Both the position numbers and the translations under genes were made by a program. A model generated the notes under the pieces. That model had not been told where the DNA came from. It saw only the letters and a program-made list of their open reading frames with translations, and ran no database searches. From Balanoglossus misakiensis (lineage: Eukaryota; Animalia; Hemichordata), in contig CM082577.2 of NCBI GenBank assembly GCA_040954595.2, forward strand, positions 3,305,703-3,369,702: a DNA stretch of 64,000 nucleotides. The letters run 5' to 3'. Shown here in pieces: positions 13,101-26,824 of this stretch (its first letter is position 1; each line of letters starts with the position of its first letter).

Positions 13101-16100
13101 GACAGAGTTTAATCCCTCTGAGGATTGGTTTGGAACTGACTTTTTCTCCTTCTTGACCCGGGCGAGGAATTCGATGCTCCCGGCCCATTTACACAGTGAA
13201 TAACATCTGGCCCGGCGCTGACTCCCAAACTTTGATTTAGAAATTAAGTCGTCGGCCAATTCTCCTCCGAAATTAAGCCTTTGTGCGCGCCTAGCATAGC
13301 GTGGAGCCATCCGTGCACGCTTGGCTGGCGCGGCAGTTGTGTTACACTGGGGCGGTAAAAATACCCGGCGTCCTGAATAAAAGTTGAGAAAATCGTTTGT
13401 TTGTCCACTTGTGTTGCCTTTTCAATGAGTTTTCCACACCTCCATAATTATAGTCCCATCCAGTGTGTTAATCGAAGTGCACCAACCGGTGACGGGGTGC
13501 CGGGGTACAAAACCCCACAAATCCCAGACTGGTGGTGCTACCTGGAATAAATAAACTTATCTAGTACCCCTCCGAACTTGGGTGATGCATATTTTCCCAG
13601 AGATATTGGGCCCTGCTCTGTCCAAGTCGACCATACCACGAGAGAGAGAGGGAAAGTGTTTCGTGCACTTAGTTTAATTGTACAGCACGGCTTTTAACTT
13701 AACTTTTTTTAAATAGAATACCTACAAGACCGCTGACAGTGGCAGCTATTCGACAACGGTAGCCCAACTATTCTCTAACTATGTGGCAATTAAGCGTCCC
13801 TTTGCGCTTGGCTTGCCAACAAGTAGCCGTGCAAAAGGGGCCGGGACAATTTAGAGCCGTTCTCCGGTAGCACCTAGTTGTCTGCGCGCCGTGTAAGCGA
13901 CACAATGAGGAGCCCATTACCAGTGGAGACGCGAGTCGCTCCCCTCAGCATAGAGCGCTTCATTGTGTGGCACAATTGAAATAAGAAAAGAAATCTCCGT
14001 CCAGAATTCAATGAGTGCGGGGTTCCCGGCCCTCTAATTGTTTGGCGGTCACCACGTCTGCTTGTCAGACTGAATTGGCAAACAATTTATATCAACTGTG
14101 TCGCTGTTAATTTTTTTCTTCTCCGTTTCGTGGATCAGCTCATCTCAGTCGTCGACGCGCAGTTTGGGCGCATCTGCCTCGGCTTTGGTCGACTCGATGA
14201 CCAGCGACCCCAAACACCTATCGACAGTGTGTGATTAGCTCACAATGACTTGTACAAACTCTCGTTAGGCTTAATTACCATCTGCCTAAACAAAGTGGTG
14301 CAGTTTCCTCTTTAAAGTGTTTTCGCTTGAGCTTTATCCTACAGCCACCGGTCTTTTCAGGGGGCTGTCGAAAATTCGTGCTTTGTTGTGTTTGCCGGGG
14401 ATTTGCGGCGGGTCGCCTGCCATTGATCGGGCTCTCTCTCACTCTCTATTTTTTAAAGTTTTGAGGAAAGACTAGCATGCTGCACAAACTTACAAACACA
14501 GCCACGCACAACAGCTGTAAAAAAGTAATAATCGCCCAATGACGAGGCGGAAAGTTTGTTTTTAATTCAATATCACCATCATGCTAATCCTATAATTGAT
14601 TTATTATATCGCTTGATATGAATTAATATATAGTGGGGGAGATATTTTTTTCTGACGATAATCCCAACCTCGGACCCCAAATACATTCCGAAGTTAACTT
14701 TTGACTTTTTAATAACCGAAACCACTGGGCAAAAATCGAATGACCTCACTTAACGTGATATTACTGCCACTCTATCTGTCGTTTGGAAGGTCTACAAAGT
14801 CATTTTTGCGTGTTTTGGCGACAGCTGTATAACGAAATAGAAAACCGCGCTCTCGCTCGACAAATATTCGTTGGTATCGCGGTTTGTGTTTAACCAACTT
14901 ACCATCATGATGTTTGGCGGTTATCAAGAAAAAGTGGTCATACTACGTGCGTGGCGATAAACCCTAGTTTTTTTCTCACTCAAATGTCTCCGAACCCATT
15001 CTGATTGAATTTTCTCAAGGAACGGGCTGGATGTGTAATCAATGCGGGTTTTTTTTCAGAAACTTTTTTTATTCAATCTACCGATAATTGTTTTCAAATG
15101 TAAATCAAACACTCCTTTACTTAGGCGGCGATCAACAAAGTTGTGGAGCCACACACTGCATAGTCGGCTAAGTGAATATACCTGTACACCCGGGTTTAGA
15201 AATAAAATAACATCCCCGAACAATATCGACTGGGTGTTTTCATCAAATACGTGTGTGTGGACGCTTCCGAGACGGGCTTTATTGGGCCACATTAGCAGTG
15301 ATCTGCTAAACGACACAGCTAATCAGCGCAGTGGGCTGGGCAATTGTGCCTCTCGTTTCTTCTCCAAACAAGGACGGGGCTTCCTGGCGCAAATTAATTT
15401 GGCTCCCTATTTTCCCGTTGTGTACTCAATAAACACAGCGGGACGGAGAAAGAAGAAACACTTCTCCTGGACCATGTCTGGAATTTCCGAAGTCGGGGAT
15501 TGGAATTTGGAGTGGACGAGCCGCGGTTATGGGTTTTTTGTGTGTGTGCGTTTTTTTCGGTTGGTGGGCCGCATTCATAGTTCAATGTCTGCCTCGACAA
15601 ACAGTTCTAGGGTCTGTATTCGGGAATATGAGATGTAGGTGCGAAAAAACGTCTCTTAAAAAGAGAGAAAAAAAAGACGCGTCGAATACGTGTAACGTGG
15701 CACCTACATGGTCTGACACTCTCCAAGAACCATGATGTAACTAAAACGCTATGAATACATGTGGGTAAAGAGCTTCATTTAAAAACGAGATTATTTTAGA
15801 TCTACATATATTATTTCCCTGATTCTTTGAGCGGATTTTAAAACAGGCCCTCCGCTTTCGTAAACTACGTGTTGATTTGTTTCGATTTCCAGTGCCGATA
15901 CGAAGCAGGCAATGGTTCGATGTCCGCGGCCTGCTACACTGACCCGCCCTTGGTCCACCGATCGCCCTCACGGAGATAGATAGACCCACACCCCCGCTTG
16001 TTTCTCAGAGGGGAGCGTTTGTTCCAAATTATCAAGACTCGTTTCACCTTTCAGTAATTGTCCACTGATTGTGCAGAAGACTTGGCGGGGACTGAGGAAG

Positions 16101-17301
16101 AAGAAGAGAACAGTAGCGTCCGACATGGCCCACTCCGGTTGCTCAATTCAACGTGTTTTTGGCCTTTACAAAGAGTTTTACTGTGGCCAAGAGAAAGGGG
16201 ATACGGGACCTGAAAAGAAGCGCCAATTATGGCCGCAGGTCGTCCAATTATACTTAATTATCTGTATACCACACATAGTGTGAAGTGAAACGGAGCGACT
16301 GAAGACCCATCCACGCACCAAAAGACACTACGAACGTCGGTGCCGCAACGATTCCCCGGGCAGAGTCTGAAATAACAACAGGCGGATTCCGCACGGGGGA
16401 AAAACAAACTAAACCGGGCAATTTGGGCTCAGCTTTTGTGTGCCTTTCAAGGGGAAATTGGCGAAAAGTTGATTTTAAAAGGCACTCGAGTACCAAGCAC
16501 ATGGCTTTTTATTGGATGTCGGGACATAAACACTCGTGAATCACTCAGAAAATGGCTCTGACGGCGTATCACACGAAATTGGAAGCGAGGCGGGGAAATG
16601 GCGACCGACAGGCAAGAGCGAGAGAGAGAAATTTACGCCGTCTCATGCACGAAATGTTTTGGCAAACTTCGTGAAAGGGGTTGAATGTCTCGCCTGCAGC
16701 GACCAGCCCGGCATTTAATTGATATTTGTGCAAGTGTTGCCAATGTGAAAGCGAGCTTTTGTGCGCCGTGTTTTTGGGGTCTGTGTTTTTGCACCAGTGC
16801 AGGAGTACAGCCCGTCAAAGGTTTTACAGCGGTGTGTACACAACCCCGCCGGTGTAAGTTTCAAGGCTGCAGCCGGCGGCTACTTTCTATAAATTAAGCG
16901 GCGAATATTATTGGGGGTGGCTTCAATATTTTTTCGGGGTGGTAAAAGGCAGGGAAGGGGGGGGGGAGGCGAAATCTTCGACGTCGCACTGAGCCAAGTC
17001 GCGCTGTCATTTCATTTCGGGACGGGTATCAATTTACTTGGCATCTCACGGTTCCACCGCGCAGACGACATCACAGCACACACCAAATGTTACTTTTGCC
17101 GCCTCTGTACACACTGCTGGTTGAAATAGAACCCGTATGCTTTCTCACGAACATCAAACAACACTCTCTTTGCGGAATCAAAAAGTTAATGCACGCTCTC
17201 AGCGAAATGGTCTTTGCTTAGGTAATTTCCACCACTCTAAATAGGATAAAAGTATTTAATATGGTTTTTATCTTTCTTTCTTTTTTTATGGATGTACCGA
17301 C

Positions 17302-17483
17302 CTGGACTCGAGACTCGACCAAATCCAACTTCATGGCCAGCGCTTCGCGAGTAAATATATCCGGGTAGTGGCTCTCGTTAAAGGCCTTTTCCAACTCCTC
17401 CAGTTGCCAACCGTTGAAGTTGGTCCGTGTCCGTCGCCGCTTACCCGTGCTCGTTTCTTTGTTTTCGTGTTCCGTATCGGTGC
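17302..17483 (-). CDS. Uncx: Uncx canonical copy, coding exon 2 (homeodomain residues 1-46)
   Basis: Acceptor TTTATTTTAG|GC and donor CAG|GTCGGT. Encodes [62 protein letters not shown]11, NESHYPD and LDLVESRVQ are Uncx-diagnostic, and the intron between homeodomain codons 46/47 is typical of PRD-class genes. Confidence 0.96.
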
Positions 17484-19322
17484 CTAAAATAAATAGATGA
17501 GAAATATTAAAATTAGAAATTTCAATTTGTCCGCCGGCCCTCTCGAGCACCCAGTCATGCTGAACCAAGCGATGGAAACGACTAGCGAGTGGGTCGGTTG
17601 TTTCGCGGGGAGATCGCTCACTGCGGTGCAAGGGAGCCGGGCGGACAATTAGTCACCGCCGCAGTTTGAATTATACCCTCCGTTGACAGCTGGGATGGAA
17701 AAAAGTTACGGAAGTGATACTGTTTTACATGCAAGACAGATAACATTTATGCATTGTAATTTTTTTTTGCTTAAATTGTGAAAATGTACGACTCAAACCC
17801 GGCGGTTGTTTATTTGGGCAAGTTGCGCCCGAGACGATGGCGTAACTTGTTGGGGGGTAATAGTAAATGGGGAGAAAATGCACAGTGTTTAATAGTACAT
17901 TGGAATGCTGTACGGGTGTATTCTTCAGCATCGGCTCCCCCACACGTCAAATACCCGAAATAGCACCGCAAGCAGCAAGTTAGTGCAACATATTCGCCCC
18001 GGCTTTCTTCTCTCCGAAACGGCGAGGAAAACGTTTCACAGCAAACTACCATGGCGGCTGTGTTTGTTCTTCACATCAGCGAGACAATGAAACAAAAAAA
18101 CGTCTCGAAATCAATTTTGCACCGTGTTGGTGTAAACGCAGGCGTGTTTGATCGAAACTGCTTTTGTTGTCGAGCTTGTTGAAAAGCAAGCGCTGGAGCC
18201 AAATCACCTGAAAATGTGCCACTCGGTTCCTTCGTTTACACAGCCATGTAAACCACAACAATCTGTAGTATCAGACTGTTTTTGCAGGCTTCCTTTCAGT
18301 GTATACTTCATATTGCTCAGGTAGAAACATATTTCAAAGGAAATATCCGAAACGCAAAGTGAAATATATACACCATATTCTCTATTGATGTTTTGCTCAT
18401 TTTGCAAAAAATATAAGACGACTTTATAATTAAACATTTAAAACGAAACTCCAAAAAACACGAATGATGAAAATTTCACCGACTTTAATTCGAATGGAAA
18501 ACCGACAAAATTAATAGTATTTAAATATTATTTCAAAGCAATTATAGATTGCAAATGAATTAGGCAGGGAGGACATGTTTTGTCTAACTGAGGGAGTGGG
18601 CACGATACAAAAATATTGGTTCAGCAAATTATACTTAACTTCGTTGTTTTATTTGTATTTAAAGCGATATTTTCTAAAGCACTTTCCTGAAGAGTCTGAG
18701 GAAACAATATTCAGCTTCGCATGTTTTGATAGCATCCACTGCAGTGTGATTATACGCAAGAAGTGACAAAATTGACAAACAGGTTAATGTGCCGAGAAAA
18801 TTCTAATCCAATTGCAGGTGTCAGTTCTCCTGAAGGAAAATATTATTTGACCCAATAAAAGTTTGTACACGGTGCTCGCTTAATATGTACCAGAGTTGCC
18901 AACGTTTCTGTAACAGAAGGGGTGTATTTTGGTCCAGTTCTTATCGGGAGGCGGGCTTGTTGGCCATGTACACTGTTAGCCGCAAGGGTTCCGCTCGCCC
19001 TGGCAGATCAGAGAGGGAAAAGGGAAATTAGCGCGCGGTGTTTTGGAGTCGTGATTCAGCGGATCGCTTTTGAACAAGCCAGTTCTTGTCAGCGCCTCTT
19101 TTCTGCTAGGAACAAGGATGACTGTTTTGTCATTTCTGTTATCATCGGGGAGGTTGGCATCCCTGGAGAGTTGGCGTTAGCGTAAAATCTGCTCGAGCCT
19201 AGCTGTCACTGCACGACGAGACATGCTGTCAAATCAAAACCTGTACATATAGTTCGCACAGTGCAGTGCCAGTGCAGTAAAACATTTTTTTTTATCTCTC
19301 TCTCTCCTGTCTTAGTACTTAC

Positions 19323-19590
19323 TTGGCGATTGCAGGTTCGGGTGGTTGTGACTGGCAGTGGTGGACGTGGTCGTGGTGATCATTTGTCCGTTTGTAGCGC
19401 TGCTCAGCGTGGTGCTGCTTAGGATCCCGTCGATCGAGAAGGGTACGGGGTTGGACAGACTGTGCAGCGACGGGAACTCGAAGGCGTGGGCCGCCCGGTG
19501 CAGCCCCATCGTGCCGCTGTACGGGAAGCTGCCCAGCGCGCCGAACGTGCGACCAAAGTGCTGGTCGAGTAGCCGGGAATCCATCATCAT
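19323..19590 (-). CDS. Uncx: Uncx (unc-4) homeobox gene, canonical copy, coding exon 1 (MMMDSRLLDQHF...VPFSIDGILS...NLQSP)
   Basis: ATG at 19590. The N-terminus MMMDSRLL...FPY...VPFSIDGIL resembles the vertebrate UNCX N-terminus as I recall it. eh1 motif FSIDGIL at 19420-19440. Donor A|GTAAGT after 19323 is phase 1, matching the exon 2 acceptor. Confidence 0.9.
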
Positions 19591-19751
19591 CGCCGCGAGT
19601 CGAGAGAAAAAAATATATTGTCCCCCTGAAGTAAGTCGGTTATCGTAGCGTAGGACAGTTAAAGTGAAGGGAAGCTCTTGGTAGACTTGTTGGATGAAAG
19701 AACACAATCGTCGCGGGGGGTCGCCGGGACAACCCTTTCCTTGCCAGCGCC

Positions 19752-19786
19752 AGCCAATGAGAGCTCGCTTTTCATCGACGTGACGT
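19752..19786 (-). promoter_or_regulatory. Candidate proximal promoter of canonical Uncx (CCAAT box and CRE half-site)
   Basis: CAGCCAATGA (NF-Y-like) at 19751-19760 and TGACGT at 19781-19786, 160-200 nt upstream of the ATG. Confidence 0.35.
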
Positions 19787-22700
19787 TTGCACGGGTCACT
19801 ATTAGCAATAGTTCGGATCAAGGCTCTCGGTGTACCCAAAACACATTGGTGCACTTCAAAGTCTAATTCCCCCCTCTTTAAAGCGAGAACGGCAATACTC
19901 GAAATCGTTTAAAGAAGAATCCCCCATTCGGTCTCCTTTTGTTGCTCGTACGTAGCGACCGACAAGAAAATAGTGCCGCGGTGCCGGACAGGGCCAGTCG
20001 TCACCACAAAAACACAAAACTCTCGCCCAAAGAAAATCGGTAATTGGATGTGTCGCCTGTTTGCCAGTCTGGCAGACGTCTTCCCGTGTTACTTGAATTC
20101 CAGTGACAAACACCTTAACCTGTCCCATGCCCCGAAATAAAAAAGAAACAATTGTCGCCTATAAGCACTTGTATAATTGGCGAAATTAAATTCACTCCGA
20201 CTGGCATTAACGGCACGCCATGTTTATTCCAGCAGTCAACACCTCCGTATTAACACTATACACTTTCGTTCAGACATTCAATTAACACAAAATGATAGAT
20301 GACTGCCCAATTATTGTTATTAACAGCCCCTCATTCCTAGGCACTGGTCCGCGTGTCTTCGTCACGGTCCCGTTGTTTTGTTTTCCCAGACTATCATTAG
20401 TTTTTTTCTCCGCGAACTCCGAACTCCTCCCGCTAGGCCACTGAGCGATACGCTTCCTATTGTCGCCCAGTTCCCCCCCCCTTCCGTTTGATATCGTCCG
20501 ATGCGTTGCCATGCCAACCCCTCGCTACCAATTATTTCGATGACTTCGGGTCACTCGTTGCTGTATACGCCCGAGCGAGCAGTCCATTGTGGTAGGCAAG
20601 ACAGGGCACCCCAGGTAATGTTGGCAGAGTCACGACTGGGTCCGATTCAAGTTCTGTCATACACGCACACACACAGACAATTATCACCATGCAATGATGA
20701 AGTCTGCCTAATCGTCAGTAACCATGGAAATAGCTCAAGTGCATCATTTTGCTCAGGCAGTTTGATGTTGAATTTACAATGCCATATTGTTTTATATAAA
20801 TAAATAAAAAGAAACAAGAATGACCGCGCCTTTTAAACAAGGCTTGGCAGTCACACAAAAGCGTGATGAACTTTGCGACGTCGGGAAGAATCATGTTGCG
20901 GGGAGACAAGAGCGATTTCCTGCCCGATTAGCTTTGTCATGTAACTTTCCTTCCCTCTTTTTTTTTCTTGTCTTCTTCGCATTTCTGTTCCCCGACAAGA
21001 GCCACTGGATGATGCTGTTGACTTGTGTACACATCCACTCTCGGCTGCTCTCGGTGTATAGAAGGACGGGAACGCCTCCCCCGGGTTCTGTTGACGCGAT
21101 CGTTACGCGTTCAATCAACGACGCAGTGTGTTGTCGATCACCTACCCTAAACACGGTCACCGTTACACAGACACCGACTCCTGTCGGCTGATGCCATCCA
21201 TCGTCGAATTCTTCGCCTTTGTATATTTTCAAACGGTAGTGATACGCCACCCGAGAACGCTGTGTTTAATTGGCCAACCCCTATCCCCTGGCTACCACCG
21301 ACATCCATCCACCCAACCACGGCTATAATACGCGCAACTTTCCCGCGGACCGCGCTCATATCCTGAGTCAATAAATAAATGAAAACACAGAAAGACTGAC
21401 ATTAATTTTTCCCCTCAGCGAAAATATTTCCAGGATTGTTTTACTCGGTTGACTGGGCAAAACTAATAAATTATCGCGTCGCTTTTAAAAAGATAACCGT
21501 TATTTTTCTCTCAACACCATACGAGAGGCAATTTTCCGTCAGTGTATTATCATTTTAGATTAAGCAGCGCTCCGTCTCCGTTTGATGCAAACGTGTCCGG
21601 CTGACCGCGTTCCCCCTTATAACAACTTATGAAAAATTAATTTAGCGTTGTTAATGTATTGTACGCGTTTCGCAGGTCAAAAAAGTGGCCCATTAAACTT
21701 TAAAGGATGATAGGTAGGGCCAGCTCAATGCTTGTTAAGCTGCCTCCTAAATCCATCCCGATTAAACGCATCTGTTGAAGTGGTGGCGGCGTCATCATAT
21801 CCGAAATGGGGGGAGTCGGTGAATTGAGACCGAGAAGAGTCACATGCAGCAGACGGGGCTTTCTTAATATATAGGTGGCACAAACTGCCGAGATATACGG
21901 CTCCTCTATCAACGCAGAAATGACGGCGGAAATTCTGATGGCCCTCGATGATAGATGACGATGCTGAAACAACTCGTTCGGTTTATAATTGAATTATGCT
22001 CTCTTCAAGGTTAGGGAAATATAATATAAATGGGAAAATGGAAACGTAATTGGGTGACACAGCAAACCCGCGATCACTTAACGCTTAACCCCGTCGCTAA
22101 TGCAGGCATGGTCCGCGAGAACGAGATAGAGAGATGGGGGCACACAGAGAGACACACACGCGCGCGCACACATAATTACTCGCCCGTTTAAAACCGTTTT
22201 CCCCCGCCGGAGAACCCTCTACGGCAAAGTCTAGCAAGCACCCGATCACCACACACTTATAGATCGAGGTAAACATTACCGGGCAGAAGTTAAGTGTTAC
22301 AGTGTTTCAAGTTTCCCCCCACACATGGTCGGTGATCATTGTGGGAGAAGGCCAAACAAAGGCGCTTGGGCACGTCTCCGGCGCTGGGACCTACAGTATC
22401 GTTCCGGGTTACAGCTCACGGCAAAAGGATACACGTGTTGTTCGAGGAGGGGTAAGCGGATCTTGTGGCACCCTGAGAAAAGTTTGTAATTATTTTGTGC
22501 GGTGTTTGTCGGACGTCATTCAGACCTCCTTGAAGTGGTTGTTTGCTTTTCATGACATATCTATCAATTCCATCATAGCGCGTTATGTTTCGGGTTAATC
22601 AACTTGAACTTTGCTGACCACGCTTACAATCTACTATCAAGCCGTATTTTGTCAGGCTAGATACTAGACTAACAATCTGCGTTCTTTCGATTTTCGATCT

Positions 22701-25700
22701 CGTGTTCTGTATGTGGTGCAAAGACCTAAGCGTGACGCATGCGCTTTGTTTTGAACTGCAGAGATTCCAACTGTTCTCCTATTATTCGCGCGAGCTACCT
22801 GTCACGTGTAGTTGTACACCTGTTCGATCATTTTGCTAGTGTCCGGGTTGCGGGGAGGCACGTGGTTGCGTGCCGACCAATCAGCAACGCCGCCGTCATT
22901 ACCATGGCAGCAAAGCGGGCGCGCAGACCCGATATCATCATTTCATCTACTCTGACTATCAACAAATCTAAATCACTTCTGATATTGGTTAAGTTTTCTT
23001 AGTCGAGGAACAGTGCGGCTACTAGTACTAGTACTAATACATGTATAACATTGTGAAATCGTGACGCGTGCAGTCCGTATTCTACGCTTTCACGAGTCAA
23101 ACATTACTTGGGAGTAAAATGTCTGTAACCCATCCACAAATATTTCGGCAGCTTAAAACAGAATCGCTCGCTTTCTACTTAAAAGTTGTTGCAAAACAAC
23201 TCTTGATGAGTCGCATACGCTGAGCTGCTGTGCAAAGTCTCGCGAGATATTGGATATTCGTTTCCCGGTGAAAGTAAGTTTGTCGCGTGTTTCTGTCACA
23301 CGTGTGTCCTTTCAGGCCCCTGCACCGTGTGAATGTATTTCATGGCGATCGCCCGTGGCAGTAATGCAAAATTCACACTTTTTGAGCTTTCCGTCGTGTG
23401 TGTCTTCTGTATGCGGGCCAGTGTGGGTGTGTTTGTGCGAAAGCCCGTCTTCAACAGCTATACTCAAAACAGTAACAAAGTTCAAAATCGCACGCGTGTA
23501 AGTGATCACAATTATCAATTCCGCGCAGGTAGGTAAGTTTCTTGTTGATATTATGTGCCCATAAAGACAATTTCCCGGCACATAAAGTAATGGCTCGGGG
23601 CTGAATAATGACCGTTCCCGGTGATGCGCCTATATGGGCGCACTTATTCCCCGCGGAATTGGATGGGAAGGACGAAATTGAAGTCTCTAGTTAGGAGGAA
23701 AATTAAAAACAACACAGGCCGTAAAAATAAAAGTCGTGTCCCCACCGCATAATTTGCTTTCCGTGTTTGCACCGTCTGAAAATGACGCTCCCGCATGCGT
23801 GTTTAATGCATTTCGGGTGACGCATGCGTTAATGTATTCCAATTTGCACGCGAGGTTTGACATTTTCGAGACGTTACCGAGTGTCATTCACTCTACATAT
23901 CGCGATGCTTTAAGTGAAATTTGAAATAACACTCACGACGTGAACGACCGCCGACGAGTTATTCTTTTTTAAAGTCTACAATTTAACTTTTGATCTTCAA
24001 ATTCTTGTTGCCCCCACAAAATTTCAGGGAATATTAGTGATATAAGATCACAAAGGTGAGAACTCGTATTCTTGAGTTTAGTTTCAATATTAGATTCGCT
24101 TATAGATTAATGCTCGACTTATACCATAAAAACATGACATTTTATATCTCACTATAACCCCGCAACGGTTTATAAGATAAGCTCAAAAGTTTCATGGCGT
24201 CCACGTGAAAAAAAGTGCGCCACCTCATGGTCATATGAAATTTATATAGTATATACCTAACTATATTATTACCTATATGTTTATATACTTATATAATTAT
24301 GGAAATGTGTACATTAGAAGTGATTGTGCCCCTTTAACCATTTTCAAATGGGTAACTTCCGTTTGTTGAGACAAAGAGATTTAGAAATGAACCACTGTAT
24401 GTATGACAGCTTGGCAGATTCTGTGACGTGTGGATGCCGACAGTTTACTCCATATTTGAATGTCAGCAATGCCGTCAGTTATGAAAAATTAATCACCTCC
24501 TGCGCAACTCCGGAAGTGCTTGGGGGAAAGACTGTGACTGATTCACAGATTCGCTGAAGTGCCTCTGTGCTTGCAGTCCGCCCGGACAGCTCTCACAATT
24601 CGATTGGAAGGACATTCCATGAAGGACGCGGCAAGATAATTTCACGGGCTTATTATAAATACCAGAGTTAACTTTGCCGGTGACAACGAAGTAATAGACC
24701 GAACACACATCACCGATTACGTTATCGCATATTGGCCTCGTTGTCGTCTCTGTATCTGAAGAATCGCGCAAAACATCAAACCACGAGGATCTCAACACTG
24801 GCGATGGTGCCAAGATGCGCCGCGTGTTCTTGTGTCTTCTTTACGCCAGCCAAGGCGTCAATGTGTTTCAGGTGTTTGGACTGAATCCGAGCGGAAGACT
24901 GGGCATGCTATCTCTTTTTGTCGCCAAGCTTGTAGGAACAGGGTCATATGACTTCCACGGGAGAATGTCGGATTTCGCAAAAGCGAACTTTCTGATACCA
25001 GCACCCGGTTGCAGCTTGGGTTGTCTAGATCTTGATATGTAGAGCTAACTAAAGACATGCTTGACTTCATCTTAGAAACACTGCCACACGTTCCTTGTAA
25101 TTTAAATGTCAATAACATACTAACTCCCCTTTCCTGTTATGTTCTTTCACAACGTTGCATCTCCACTGGAAGTAGCTGCTGATTCAATAGTCAGAAAATA
25201 ACGCATTTTAAAGATTGACATGTGCATTATGCTTCATGTGAACACACCTTCTCAGGGTTTTAGAACGTGTTTGCGCAATTCAGGTAAAGGGATCAAAGCC
25301 TTTGTAGCTGTGTCTATAGATTTAATTTGACATCTGCGTTGAGAATTACGCTGTCCCATGCTGCCATGGTTACTGTGCTTGCATAGAAATGCATGCCTGC
25401 TTGCTACTAATTCTGGTGTTAAGTTACATGCTTATTTGTTTGTTTGTTTGCAAAAAACATGCTACGACATATTCGTACAAGTATTAGCAATACGGGCCTG
25501 TCATCCCTTAAGTTCACGGATCAAAGATCATGTACCTAATTATTTTGACGACGTTCACTTTGTTATAAGTTTAACCAAGTGTACATTAATTACTAAATTA
25601 ACATTGGCAGAATAAATAGAAATTAATTAACTATGCTTAGTACACAATAGAAATTATTTTTATATACATGTATTCCATTGGGATACGGGACTCACACTCG

Positions 25701-26723
25701 CTATATCAGCTGATTTCGACACCAGCATAGGAGTAGATTAAAAAACATTCAAAATATTTACTAATATGATGATTATTTTAAGAAAAGACAAATGATGAAC
25801 CTAATTCTCTACCTTTTTATTGTCGTACAACTTTCATCTTTTATGTGGTGGCTTCCAGCGCACATTATTCGCGATTATTGTAAACACATAATTCCGTGTG
25901 TTTTATTTTGTGACGTCACTATTTGAAAGTTGTTCTTCTAAAATATGTAGAAAGTAAACGAGACCTTTAATGTAAGGAAGATGGGGACAATGGCGATATT
26001 TAATGCAAGAAAGTCGTTCGCCCTTTTCTAAAGCAATTATCCCTGGAGCGTGAAATTGCCAATAAGTGTAAACTGCAGTTACCCGACATGCCTTTGGATT
26101 TCACTCAAACGGCGATGTTTACGTATCGTGCCCCTCGACCAATTGCTTTTAACTGTTCATATATGTGTGCCATGTAATGTCCAATTTTATTGGCCACGGG
26201 TGTAATCACATGCCCGGCACGTGGTTTCGGAAATTATTGCGCAATCTCTGACGCGAATCGACAGGGTGGGGGCAGGATTAAACGGTGAGTCAAGTGAAAT
26301 TGCATCCCCGGGGCTCATAACACGACACGGTGCCTCGGCACGGCTGTAAAGAAGTTAGCCTTCGTCTTATCGTAAACCCGAATGTACCGATTAAATTGTG
26401 AAGAGTGCTCGAAAGGGTTGTTGAATGGAAATTTTATTTGCCCCTTTTAACAATCTAGCGGCCGCTTCCGCGAGTCTCTCCGCTCTAGACACACGCGGGT
26501 ATAAGATCCCATTCAACGATTTTATTCGGTTTTCAGTGCCTTAAGCTGTTGGTAACAGAATATAAGGGGGTAAATACGAGAAGACAACAGTCAGACAGGC
26601 AGACAGACAGACAGACGGACATCTAATTCCGTTTACTATCTGGCGTCGGATGACGACATATGGTAAATGTTCTACAAATCTAAGACGACTGAGAGAAACA
26701 TACAGATGGACAAAAGTAAAGGA

Positions 26724-26824
26724 AAGAGAGAGAGATAGAAGGGGGAGGGAGAGGAGAGAGAGGGGGAGGGAGAGAGAGGAGAGAGAGGGGGAGAGAGGAG
26801 GGAGGGAGGGAAAGAGAGAGAGAG
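26724..26824. repeat. Polypurine GA-rich low-complexity tract
   Basis: About 100 nt composed almost exclusively of G and A. Confidence 0.88.

Noticed and set aside
15042-15638. 198-aa plus-strand ORF in Uncx intron 2
   Set aside because: Composition is not protein-like, and it has no motif or splice support.
19591-19854. N-terminal extension of the 180-aa ORF upstream of MMMDSRLL
   Set aside because: It runs through promoter-like and 5'-UTR sequence, and similarity to Uncx starts at the ATG at 19590.
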